NCBI GenBank assembly: GCA_001643675.2
Contig: LSRY02000013.1
Coordinates: 1,302,001-1,366,000 of the forward strand
Direction of reading: 5' to 3'
Source: Monocercomonoides exilis PA203
Lineage: Eukaryota; Protista; Preaxostyla
Length of the DNA: 64,000 nucleotides
Shown: positions 1-9,655 of the stretch, in pieces
Layout of the letters: each line of letters opens with the position of its first letter
Position numbering within the stretch: position 1 is the stretch's first letter
Translations under genes and position numbers: made by a program
The notes under the pieces: generated by a model
The model's input: the letters and a program-made list of their open reading frames with translations, nothing else
Told to the model about the DNA's origin: nothing
Database searches by the model: none

Positions 1-3000
1 CATAGAATAATCTCCTGTCTTATATTCAGCGTTCTCTTCAAACGCCCCATTCCATAATTCACATTCAAACATGGTGCCTTTTCTATTCCACAATACACCT
101 TCTCCATTCCAGATGTTCCATCCACATATACAGAGTCAGCTGTATATCCTTCAAGAAATATAAACAAGTCAGCATCCCAATCATTAAACATATCTGTTCT
201 ATCATGTCCAACAATCGAGTTGTCTTTCTGAGTGATGCTTCTCATGAAGGCAAACAAGGGCTCTTTCACAGAAGCGACAAGGGAATCACACACAAAATAC
301 ACATCTCTTCCTACACTGGCCTTGTTGGCTGAAAACACGATATTGGTGATGGAAAAGGAGGATTCCGACACTTCTGAATTATCCTTGTACTCGATCATAA
401 GAGCACCGCCTCTTCCTCCAGAACTTGTATCCTCGCTCACAGAGCAGCTGGAGAAATTTGTGTCACTCACTGAAAAGGAGTTGGCAGGGGCAGATGAGGC
501 GAATGAGATGCACCCGCCATTGGTGGGAGTCTGTTGGCTCAACTGTTCTGAGTTGATACTGGTGATGGTGCAGTTGGCGAGGGAGAGGGAGAGGGCAGGG
601 GAGGTGGCAGAGGAGAGGACACAGCTGGTGGGAGTGGAAGTGGAGGTGATATCGGTGATGCTGGAGGAGTTGAGGGTGAGGGGAGCTGTGAGGGAGGTGA
701 GGTGGAAGATGCTTTGACTGTTGAGGGCGAGACTGGTGATTGCTGTGTGATTGAGGGCGAGGGAGCCAGCAGTGAGGAAGAAGAGGGGAGTTGTGATTGA
801 TGATGAAGATGAGGCTGTTCCGGTGATGGTGGTTGTGTTGAGTTTGAGGGAAGGGGAGTTTTCGGAGAGGTGGAAGAGGATGGGGGTGATAGGATTTGAG
901 GAGTTGTGAGCGATGGCGAGGGCAGAAACTGTGAGGGAGCCCTGAGTTTGTTGGAAGAGGGCAGAAGAGGCAGATGGATCTGGTAAAGAGGAAGAAGACG
1001 ATGATGTTTGAGAAATGCCATATGAAGAGATAATTGTGGTATCTGTGCCATTTCCGGTGATGTTGGTGTCAACTGCGCTGAAAGTGAGTGTTTGAGAAGG
1101 AATAAATATTGAGTTGAGGAGAGTGAGGGAGGTGTTTTGGAGGTGGGAAATGAAGCCGTTGAGGGCATACTCGATGGTGGCACATGGTGTGTGCTGAGGT
1201 CTACCACAGGTTTCCATATCAATTCCGCTATTGGACACGATTTTGTTCTGGGCTATGAGAGGAAGCCAGCCATTGTACTCAACATTATCAGCTGTTCCTT
1301 GATTCCAAACTCTTTGAGTGATGGTTGTTGAGCCACACTGATTGAATGGTGATTGAGTGATACTTGTGCCATTGAAGAACACATCATTTCCTCTTCCATT
1401 TGCAGCTGCGTTGCCATCAAAGAAACAAAATGTGATGAATTTATTTCCGCTCATCCAGTCGTATGTCCTGGTGCAATGAATGCCAGCACCTCCATAAGTC
1501 GATGAAGCATTCAGCTTATTATTTAAGAGCTGGCACTCTTGGAGTAAGCACTGTTTTGGTTTTTGTGGTGGAAGCCAATTGAATGTTACTGCACCAGTCG
1601 CATCACCTCCGGTATTTGCAATGCAGACACAATTTTTGAATAGGAATTGACCGTCTGATGGCATGTTATCGAGACCAAAATACCAACCAGTTCCACACCA
1701 GTTTGTGATTGAACAACTTTCCACTCTGTTATCTTGGAATGCCCAAACAGAATTTGATTGTGGATAAGCTATGCAAGTTGCTCCTCCATAAGCAGCATAA
1801 CAACTGGTGAAATTGGATTTTGCGATATCAACTTTTAACAAATAATCGCAACGTATTGCTCCACCATGATCACCAGTTGAACAATTGCTGAATGAACAAG
1901 AAGTGATTGTGAGATTTGCATTTGCGCGGTTAACATAAAGTGCACCACCAGATGAAGATCCACCAGTTGAATCATTCCATTCGCACCATTCGAAGCGATG
2001 GCTGTTCACATCAAATGAAGTCAATCTTCCAGGTGATTTTCTTTGAGATTCAGTTCCAATATGAACGATTGGAGCATTTGGAGAAGAGCGTGTTTGATGG
2101 AAGAAAGATGCATTGAAGGCAGAGAGAGAAGTGGAGGGGCTGTTGAGGTTGGGGAGAATGGCACCATCGATGGGGTTGTGGGTGTGGAGGAAGATGGATG
2201 AGTGGATAGAGAGAGATGAATGAAGAGAGAAGGAGGGAATTGTATTGATGTTGATGTTGGTGGAAGTGGAAGTGGGAGAGGAGGAAGAGGTGGTTGAGGT
2301 GAATGAATTGAGTGAGTGGGAGGTAAGAGATGGAAGTGATAGAGGGGATTGAGGAGAGGAGACGTTGGAGAAGAGGGTGTTTGAGAGATGGAGATTGAGG
2401 TGGATTTGGAGGTGGTGATGGGATTGGTGATGGATATGGAGAGGGGAAGAGGAAGAGGAAGGGGAAAGGGATGGAGATGGAGAATGGGAAGGGGAAGAGA
2501 GGGAAGGAGAAAAAAAGAATGGCTGGACGAGGGAGATGAAAGAGGAGAAAGAGGAGTGGGAGATGGAGAAGGAGGCAGGGATTGGGGAGTGGGCATTATG
2601 GAGGAGATTTTTTGGTAAGGAGAAAAGGGGGAAAGAGAAGATGGCTGGTTGAGGGGTGGTGAGGGAGAAGTTTGTGAGGGAGAGGGACGCATGGGCAGAG
2701 AGGAAGAGGGGGCGTTGGTTGTGGTGGTTGTTGGTGAGGGAAGGTGGGTGGGTGGTGCAAGTGGAGGAGCAGATGGAGGCAGCAGAGTGGTGTTGGGCAG
2801 TGAGGAGTGGACAACCAGCGAGAGGGATGATGTTGAGATGGGTCACACACAAGGAGGTGTTGATGAGGGCGAAGCTTGTCTCAACAAATGCGACATGATT
2901 GAATATTGCATTGTCAACCTTCTCTGCTTGCCCAATCGGAACAATATTTTTTGCTTCGGTGTCTTTCGCGAGCACACTTAACATCATAATCGCTAAAAAT

Positions 3001-3023
3001 ACTGCCATCAGATTCCTTGTCAT
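1..3023 (-). CDS. Secreted/surface protein of an expanded GG-motif (Pmp-like / right-handed beta-helix-like), Cys-rich family; 3' end runs off the window
   Basis: Manual translation from ATG at 3023: MTRNLMAVFLAIMMLSVLA (signal-peptide-like), then repeated motifs FEWCEW, SGGALYV, FSNC...HGGAIRC, FTSC.AAYGGA, GRGNDV, CG....PCATIEYA. No stop found in the part translated. It is absent from the ORF track, consistent with having no stop inside the window. Paralogous to 31669-32679, 37085-38038 and 49544-50974. Confidence 0.8.
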   Translation of the reverse strand, partial: MTRNLMAVFLAIMMLSVLAKDTEAKNIVPIGQAEKVDNAIFNHVAFVETSFALINTSLCVTHLNIIPLAGCPLLTAQHHSAASICSSTCTTHPPSLTNNHHNQRPLFLSAHASLSLTNFSLTTPQPAIFSFPLFSLPKNLLHNAHSPIPASFSISHSSFSSFISLVQPFFFSPSLSSPSHSPSPSLSPSSSSSPLHIHHQSHHHLQIHLNLHLSNTLFSNVSSPQSPLSLPSLTSHSLNSFTSTTSSSSPTSTSTNININTIPSFSLHSSLSIHSSIFLHTHNPIDGAILPNLNSPSTSLSAFNASFFHQTRSSPNAPIVHIGTESQRKSPGRLTSFDVNSHRFEWCEWNDSTGGSSSGGALYVNRANANLTITSCSFSNCSTGDHGGAIRCDYLLKVDIAKSNFTSCYAAYGGATCIAYPQSNSVWAFQDNRVESCSITNWCGTGWYFGLDNMPSDGQFLFKNCVCIANTGGDATGAVTFNWLPPQKPKQCLLQECQLLNNKLNASSTYGGAGIHCTRTYDWMSGNKFITFCFFDGNAAANGRGNDVFFNGTSITQSPFNQCGSTTITQRVWNQGTADNVEYNGWLPLIAQNKIVSNSGIDMETCGRPQHTPCATIEYALNGFISHLQNTSLTLLNSIFIPSQTLTFSAVDTNITGNGTDTTIISSYGISQTSSSSSSLPDPSASSALFQQTQGSLTVSALAIAHNSSNPITPILFHLSENSPSLKLNTTTITGTASSSSSITTPLFFLTAGSLALNHTAITSLALNSQSIFHLTSLTAPLTLNSSSITDITSTSTPTSCVLSSATSPALSLSLANCTITSINSEQLSQQTPTNGGCISFASSAPANSFSVSDTNFSSCSVSEDTSSGGRGGALMIEYKDNSEVSESSFSITNIVFSANKASVGRDVYFVCDSLVASVKEPLFAFMRSITQKDNSIVGHDRTDMFNDWDADLFIFLEGYTADSVYVDGTSGMEKVYCGIEKAPCLNVNYGMGRLKRTLNIRQEIIL

Positions 3024-3675
3024 ATTCCTCGAGATATCTGACTTCCAAACATAATCGAAAATGAAATATTAATTATGCAAATGATCAATCAATTCTTTCT
3101 TATAAGAATTTTTACTATTCACAGTTTTGCATGAAATCTCGAATTATAACAAAAAAAATTCAATAAAAATGTTTTGAATATCTCTCGATTTCTTCAAATA
3201 TTTTATTTCAAGTGAAAATAAAATTAAAATAAAAGCATCTAATGTTATATTTTTTGTTAATGAGATATAAAGCAATTAGTGCAATTCCCTGTTTTATTCT
3301 TTCATCATTTGCAATTGACTTTCTTTCACTGTATTTCATGAACAAACTGTTCAAAGTGAAAAACATGATTTCATAAAGAAAATATCAAGACCGAATATTA
3401 GAACTTCTTTTGTATCTTGCTGTTTTTTGTTTTCATTTTTTTTTTCAATAATTGTCAATAGAAAAGAAAGGTGATTGTTGGTAAGGGGGTGATAATATGG
3501 TTGGTTTTTATGCAAAAACATTTTCATAAATTGGAACATTACAATTTTTGTTTTTTATTTGCATTTTATATAATTATTTTTTTATTTTTTCATATTTTTC
3601 ATTTTATGTGTGATTTAGCCCTAACTTATCATAATTTAATTTTAAATAATCTTTTGATATTTTATTATAAGGAAT

Positions 3676-6600
3676 TTGTGTGATGAAGAACAGATAAAAA
3701 CAGGACTTTCAACATCTTTGATGTCTCATCCAATTTTGATTCAGGATGAAATGCCTTTTTCAGAGCCAATGACCCCTATTAGAGAAGGCTTTGATGCAGA
3801 AATGGCAGCAAGAGACCTTGAAAGAGGATTTTCCACAAAGCCACTTATTAATCGCGTTGTTTATGAAATTCCAGATTTTAAAGTGATGATGAATCCTCCA
3901 CCTTCTGGAAACGAAAACGAGGGAACTGTTGGAAACATCATGCATCCATTTATTTATCAACTTGAAGGACCTGATGATTCGACGCTTCTTTTTGAATCAA
4001 GATTCGAATGTGGAAATTTAAAAAAAGTTGTACAAGTCCATCAGTATGAATATGACTTAACATTAAGACTAGATACAAATACGAGAGGGCACACGCAATG
4101 GTACTACTTTACTGTTTGCAATACAAGAAAAGAAACGAAATACAAATTTAACATTGTGAATTTGTTCAAGCCATCTTCACTGTACAATTTCGGCATGAAG
4201 CCTGTACTGTATTCTGAAATGCTAGCCAAAGAAAAAGGATACGGATGGCATCGAGTTGGAGAAGATATTGCATATTATCCAACACAGACAAAGAAAAAGA
4301 TGCCAGCTTCTTATACGCTCACCTTCTCAGTGAAATTTCCGTACGGGGCAGGAGACACATGCCGCTTGGCGTATCACTTTCCGTACAGCTACAGCGATCT
4401 GCAGAAGTATCTGCGCGAGCTGGAGAGCGATCCGCAGCGCAAAGAAGTGGTTCGAAGGCGGACTCTTTGCAGAACACACGCCGGTAATGCTGTTGATCTG
4501 CTCACTGTCACATCGTTGTCTGGCGATGCTGAGCAGATGCAGCGCCGGTACGGAGTGGTGTTCACAGCGAGGGTGCACCCGGGGGAAAGCAACGCGTCGT
4601 TTATGATGAAGGGAGTAATCGACTTTCTTACAGGTCCGACTTTGGAGGCGAAGATGCTCAGAGACAATTTCGTGTTCAAAATTGTACCAATGCTGAACCC
4701 CGACGGAGTTATTGTGGGGAACCACCGCACCAATCTGCACGGACTCGACTTGAACAGACAGTGGCAGTCCCCAACACGCAGGCAAAGCCCCACTGTTTTC
4801 TACACAAAGCAGATGATCCGGAGATTCTGCGAAGACCGCTCAGTTATTCTTTATTGTGACTTGCATGGCCATTCGCGAAAGAAGAACATCTTCATATTTG
4901 GTTGTGAGAACAAAGAGAACCCGCGTCTTGTGCTGCAGGAGAGAGTGTTCCCGAAGCTGCTGAGCAGCCAGGCGCCTGCATTTAGCTACGCTGACTGCGA
5001 TTTCCGGGTGCAGAAGTCGAAAGAAGGGGCAGCCAGAGTTGTGATGTGGAAGGAGATGGGACTGGTGAACTCGTTCACGATGGAGGCGTCGTTTGCCGGC
5101 TGCAGCGCCGGAAAGTACAAAGACATCCACTTCACGCCAGCCATTTTGGAGGAGATGGGGGCAGCTTTCTGTGAAACACTGCTGGATTACACAGACACTG
5201 ATCAATGTGCTGTGAGGGAGGTGATAAGAGAACTGGCGATTGTTCATAGGCAGGATGTGGAGGCTGCAATGAGTGGATGCGATTATTCAGATGCTGATTT
5301 TGCACAGGATAAGGTTTTTAATGGTTCTTCTTCTTCTTCTTCTTCTTCTTTTGCAACGAATTCTTCTGAATCAACAACAACATCTTCTTCTTCTTCAATT
5401 TCTTCTTCCATTTCTCCATTCTCTGTCTTTTCCCCCAGCATTTTTCATCAAACCCATTTTTTCTCCTCATCATCCTCTTCTTCTTCTTCTGCTCTCTCCA
5501 GTGGTATCAGAACTCCATTCACTCACATCTCACCTTCCCCTTCAACATCCAATAGCAAACACATAATGTCATCAAAAGCAGTTGGAGCTGGTGTTATTAG
5601 AGGTGCTTCAACAGGAAGCGAAGGAAGAAATTTGAATTCCATTGAGAAAGTAGAAATAGGAGAAAGAGGGGAAAAAGCGGAGAAATCGGAGAAATCGGAG
5701 AAATCGGAGAAATCGGAGAAATCGGAGAAATTAGAGAAGAGAGGAAGAAGTGTAGATTCGTATGGAGGAGTATATAGGCAGGCTATGAGTCCATTGAGTA
5801 GAGATAGCAATAAGAGATGGGGAATGGAAAGTGAAGCAGGAAGTTCAGAAGAGAACTGGAGTAAAGATGGATATAAGGAAGAAAGAGAAAGAAGGGAAGG
5901 AGGAGGAGAAGAAGAAGAGAAAGAAGAAGATAAATATGATAAGTTTGATAAGTACGATGATGCTGAGTATGATTATGAGAATTTTTCAGCATTCGAATTC
6001 AAAACACGCAAGCAAAACACAAAGAAGAAGAAGAAGAAAAAGAAAAATGGTTCTCTTAGTTATAATAATAATAACAACAGTAATATTAGCAATGTTAGTT
6101 ACATCAGCATCAATAGCAGCTTTGCAGCTGTCCATAAAAAATGGAAGATTCAAAGTGAAATTTCGAGATTGAGTGCACAGCCAGTTATCATTCCACCTGC
6201 TTTCTCATCTGCTGTTGCTACAGCCACATCAAATATGACATCAAATATTACACAAAATGTTAATTCAACTTCTACTTCAAATATTTCTTCTTTTTCTTTT
6301 TCTCCTTCATCATCTTCCTCTTCCTCTTCATCTTCTTTATCCTCATCATCATCCTCAGCAACAATGAATATGACGACAACGATGATGGGGAATTGTGGGA
6401 GTGGCTCTTCTTTAGCCTCATATGAGACAGGAAAATCAAGTTCTCCAATGAGATTTTCTGTTCTCAATGCAAAAGACTTGAAAGATTTGAAAGATATGAA
6501 AGACAACAAAGACAGCAAAGACAAGAAAACCACAATGAATTTTGCGAAATCCAACAAAAGAGGAGCAAATGTGAGTGTTTTGCGTCGTTCTTCTCTTTCT

Positions 6601-9039
6601 CTGCTTTCTTCTCATCCAAATTTGAGCATCACTTCTCAAACATGCTTCTCTATTCCTTCTACAAAGCAGTCTTATACTTCTGCTCCTCCTTCTCCTAAGT
6701 CTTCTTCTGTTTCATCTTCTTCTTCTTCATCTTCTTCTTCTTCCTCTTCCTCTTCCTCATCTTCTCCTTCTCCTTCCATCTTTTCTTCTTCATCTGCATT
6801 AGCATCTACAGCTGTTCCATCATCATCATCTTCAACTTCCTCTTCCACCTCCACACCTTCTTCAATTTTAAATTCTTCTTCTCCCTCCTTTTCTTCCTCT
6901 TCTTCCTCTTCTTCCTCTTCTTCCTCTTCTTCCTCTTCTTCCTCTTCTTCCTCTTCTTCCTCTTCTTCCTCTTCTTCCTCTTCTTCCTCTTCTATTTCTT
7001 CTTCCTCTTCTTCCTCTTCTCCCTCTTCTTCTTCCAAACATTCCAAAATGCTCATCCAACATCGTCCCTTTTCGTCTTCCATTCGACAAAATTCATCTTC
7101 TTCTGCTTTTGCCACACCTTCAAATTCTCTTTCTCCACCAGACACACCCACAATTAGAGATAATCATTCATCTAATATTTCTAATAACAATAATAGCAAT
7201 AGCAATAGCAATAATACTGTTAATAGCAGTAATACTAATAATTCAATTAATTCTAGTAATTCTAGTAATTCCATTAACAGTAGAAATAGAAGTGATTCTA
7301 TTAATAGTACTAATAGTAACAATGAAGCTGGTTTGAACAGTTCATTCAATTCTGCTACTTCTGGTTATTCGAATACAGAATCTTCTCATTCTTCGCCTTT
7401 TGCTTCGTCTCATGCTTCTGCTTCGAATTCATCATCGTCTTCATCATCGTCTTCATCATCTTTATCTTCTTCCTCTTCCTCGTCTTCCTCGTCTTCCTCG
7501 TCTTCCTCCTCTTCAACCCCATCAACATCTTCTTCTTCTTCCCCTTCTTCTTCTTCTTCTTCTTCTTCTTCCTCTTCCACTCTTCCTCTTTCTTCTTTGT
7601 TCAGTATAAGCACTTCTAGTCATCTTGGCCCTTTCCCACAACGAAGAATTCTGCCGGAAAGAAAATCTCGCCCTCTTTTGAGAAGTTCAATGGTAACTGG
7701 CGACAAAATAGGAAGGGCAATTAACAGAGACGACAAAAATTCCGCAAGTGAGGATGCAAATGACATGGATGTCAAAAATGGAAGCGATGCGAAAACCACA
7801 AAAGATTCTTCTTCTTTGTCTTCTGCACCAGCTGGAAAGCAAGTTTCGAATGAAAATCCTTCATCTTTGTCTTCTTCATCACCATCTTCTTCTTCTTCTT
7901 CATCTGTTCTTTCATCATCATCTTCACTTCCCTCAACAGCAGGCAAACAACAAACAGCTCAAAACTCTTCTCAATTAAGCCAACATTTCTTTCGCTCCAC
8001 AAAAGGAAGCGCAAACAATCCTCATTCACGTACACCTTCTCCTGCCATCATCACACGCAATACAATTAAACCAAATACTTCGACAACAACAACAACAACA
8101 ATAGCAACAGTTGAAGTGCTTACTCCTTCTCAATCGTTTGTTAGTTCTTCTTCTTTATCTTCATCATCATCATCATCATCATCTTCTTCTTCTTCTATTT
8201 CTTCTCCTTCTTTTTCATCATCATCATCATCATCATCATCATCTTTATCATCGAATATTGCTATTGTTGCTGCCACTTCTCCATTGTCTTTTCTTTCACG
8301 TCCAAATTCTTCTTCTTCTTCAACAAAAACAGCAAAATCATCATCATCTACTTCTTCTTCATTATCTTCTTCTTCTTCCTTAGCTTCCTCTTCCAATTCA
8401 TCAGATTTGAAGTCAATTTCAACACATTCAACTGCAGCTGCCTCAACATCACCAGCTCAAATGAAATTACCTTCTTCATTAGCAATAACAGAAGAAGAAG
8501 AAGAGAAAGAAGAAGAGAAAGAAGAGGAAATTGTTAACAGTGATGATGATAACAATGAAGAAGAAGATAATGATGATGATGAAAGCTCCTCTTCAGTTTC
8601 AAATGAAGATGTTCAAGAAACAATGGAGCAATCAGAACAAATGAAAATTGATGATAACGAAACAATGAAGGATGAAGCTGATTTTGAAGCATCTGATAGT
8701 TTTGCGGATGTTGTGGTTGCATCTGAAATTCCTCCATCATCATCATCTTCTTCTTCTTCATTGTCATCGCCTTCATCAACGTCAACGAAAGCAAGAGCAA
8801 TCAGAACAAGAATAAGAACATCATCAAATGCTATTTCTGATTCATTTTTGAGCAACAAATCTTTTGAAGAAACTAAACATAAAGATAAACTAACACACAA
8901 TCATAAAGTGAAGGAAATGACAAAAAAATCAGAAAAGAAAAGAAAAACTTCGAAGGAGAAGAAAGATGGCGAGAAAAGCAAGGAAAAGAAAGTTAAAGTC
9001 AAACATGGCAAAATAACTCATTTGAAGAGTAAGAAATGA
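3676..9039 (+). CDS. Cytosolic carboxypeptidase (M14D, CCP/AGBL/Nna1-like tubulin deglutamylase) with a very long Ser-rich C-terminal tail; 5' exon(s) unresolved
   Basis: CCP motifs FESRFECGNL, GHTQWYYF, HFPYSYSDL, ARVHPGES (HxxE), PMLNPDGV..GNHR...G.DLNR, DLHGHS and FTMEASF. The ORF opens just after a T-rich tract ending in AG at 3670-3671, so the listed TTG start is probably not the true start. Confidence 0.93.
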   Translation: MCDEEQIKTGLSTSLMSHPILIQDEMPFSEPMTPIREGFDAEMAARDLERGFSTKPLINRVVYEIPDFKVMMNPPPSGNENEGTVGNIMHPFIYQLEGPDDSTLLFESRFECGNLKKVVQVHQYEYDLTLRLDTNTRGHTQWYYFTVCNTRKETKYKFNIVNLFKPSSLYNFGMKPVLYSEMLAKEKGYGWHRVGEDIAYYPTQTKKKMPASYTLTFSVKFPYGAGDTCRLAYHFPYSYSDLQKYLRELESDPQRKEVVRRRTLCRTHAGNAVDLLTVTSLSGDAEQMQRRYGVVFTARVHPGESNASFMMKGVIDFLTGPTLEAKMLRDNFVFKIVPMLNPDGVIVGNHRTNLHGLDLNRQWQSPTRRQSPTVFYTKQMIRRFCEDRSVILYCDLHGHSRKKNIFIFGCENKENPRLVLQERVFPKLLSSQAPAFSYADCDFRVQKSKEGAARVVMWKEMGLVNSFTMEASFAGCSAGKYKDIHFTPAILEEMGAAFCETLLDYTDTDQCAVREVIRELAIVHRQDVEAAMSGCDYSDADFAQDKVFNGSSSSSSSSFATNSSESTTTSSSSSISSSISPFSVFSPSIFHQTHFFSSSSSSSSSALSSGIRTPFTHISPSPSTSNSKHIMSSKAVGAGVIRGASTGSEGRNLNSIEKVEIGERGEKAEKSEKSEKSEKSEKSEKLEKRGRSVDSYGGVYRQAMSPLSRDSNKRWGMESEAGSSEENWSKDGYKEERERREGGGEEEEKEEDKYDKFDKYDDAEYDYENFSAFEFKTRKQNTKKKKKKKKNGSLSYNNNNNSNISNVSYISINSSFAAVHKKWKIQSEISRLSAQPVIIPPAFSSAVATATSNMTSNITQNVNSTSTSNISSFSFSPSSSSSSSSSSLSSSSSSATMNMTTTMMGNCGSGSSLASYETGKSSSPMRFSVLNAKDLKDLKDMKDNKDSKDKKTTMNFAKSNKRGANVSVLRRSSLSLLSSHPNLSITSQTCFSIPSTKQSYTSAPPSPKSSSVSSSSSSSSSSSSSSSSSSPSPSIFSSSSALASTAVPSSSSSTSSSTSTPSSILNSSSPSFSSSSSSSSSSSSSSSSSSSSSSSSSSSSSSSSSSISSSSSSSSPSSSSKHSKMLIQHRPFSSSIRQNSSSSAFATPSNSLSPPDTPTIRDNHSSNISNNNNSNSNSNNTVNSSNTNNSINSSNSSNSINSRNRSDSINSTNSNNEAGLNSSFNSATSGYSNTESSHSSPFASSHASASNSSSSSSSSSSSLSSSSSSSSSSSSSSSSSTPSTSSSSSPSSSSSSSSSSSTLPLSSLFSISTSSHLGPFPQRRILPERKSRPLLRSSMVTGDKIGRAINRDDKNSASEDANDMDVKNGSDAKTTKDSSSLSSAPAGKQVSNENPSSLSSSSPSSSSSSSVLSSSSSLPSTAGKQQTAQNSSQLSQHFFRSTKGSANNPHSRTPSPAIITRNTIKPNTSTTTTTTIATVEVLTPSQSFVSSSSLSSSSSSSSSSSSSISSPSFSSSSSSSSSSLSSNIAIVAATSPLSFLSRPNSSSSSTKTAKSSSSTSSSLSSSSSLASSSNSSDLKSISTHSTAAASTSPAQMKLPSSLAITEEEEEKEEEKEEEIVNSDDDNNEEEDNDDDESSSSVSNEDVQETMEQSEQMKIDDNETMKDEADFEASDSFADVVVASEIPPSSSSSSSSLSSPSSTSTKARAIRTRIRTSSNAISDSFLSNKSFEETKHKDKLTHNHKVKEMTKKSEKKRKTSKEKKDGEKSKEKKVKVKHGKITHLKSKK
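5678..5730 (+). repeat. 9-bp tandem repeat (GGAGAAATC)n encoding (EKS)n inside the CCP gene
   Basis: Directly visible tandem copies. Confidence 0.9.
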
Positions 9040-9655
9040 AAATATTCATTTTCTTATTCTTTTTGAAATGGAATTTTTTATTATAAAAAAAATATTTATT
9101 TTTTCTTCATTTTTATTCAGCGTATGTATCGTCTTCGTTACAATCTTGTTTTTATAACTGAAATTTGTATGTTGTTATATGTTCATTATAATATTCATAA
9201 CATTGACGAATTATGTTTATCATTTGTTGATATGTTATTGTCATTGTTTTTTAGCATAAATTATAATTATTCTCATTCCTTTTTGGTTTGAATGTATTCG
9301 TTTTGCGTAAATCAAATAAAAAAACCAAATCACTTTTTATTTTCAACACAATTAAAGTAATTTTTAATGATTCAATTATTTTAAGCTATTTATTCAAAGC
9401 ATTTGCGAAAAAAAAGAGAGAGAAATACTTCAAACTGCATCTTTGCTTTCAAAAAGCAAATTCCAAAAAATCTTTTCTAATTTCCTTTTTGAAAAGATTT
9501 CTCTTTTGAAATGAATGAAATGCGAAATGACAATTTAAATACATTATACACGCACAATTAAAACTTTTCAATAAATAACAAGCATAATTCTTATTCTCCT
9601 TTTTTAAAAATTACAACTTGTCCATTAAATATTTTTGATCCTCTCAATCAACCTT

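Noticed and set aside
232-2981. ORF-track calls in 232-2981 as separate genes
   Set aside because: They are alternative frames of the single minus-strand gene starting at 3023.
3412-3671. U12-type intron (GTATCTT donor, CCCTAAC branch-like sequence)
   Set aside because: Both deviate from the GTATCCTT and TCCTTAAC consensus, and I could not build a consistent open exon chain.
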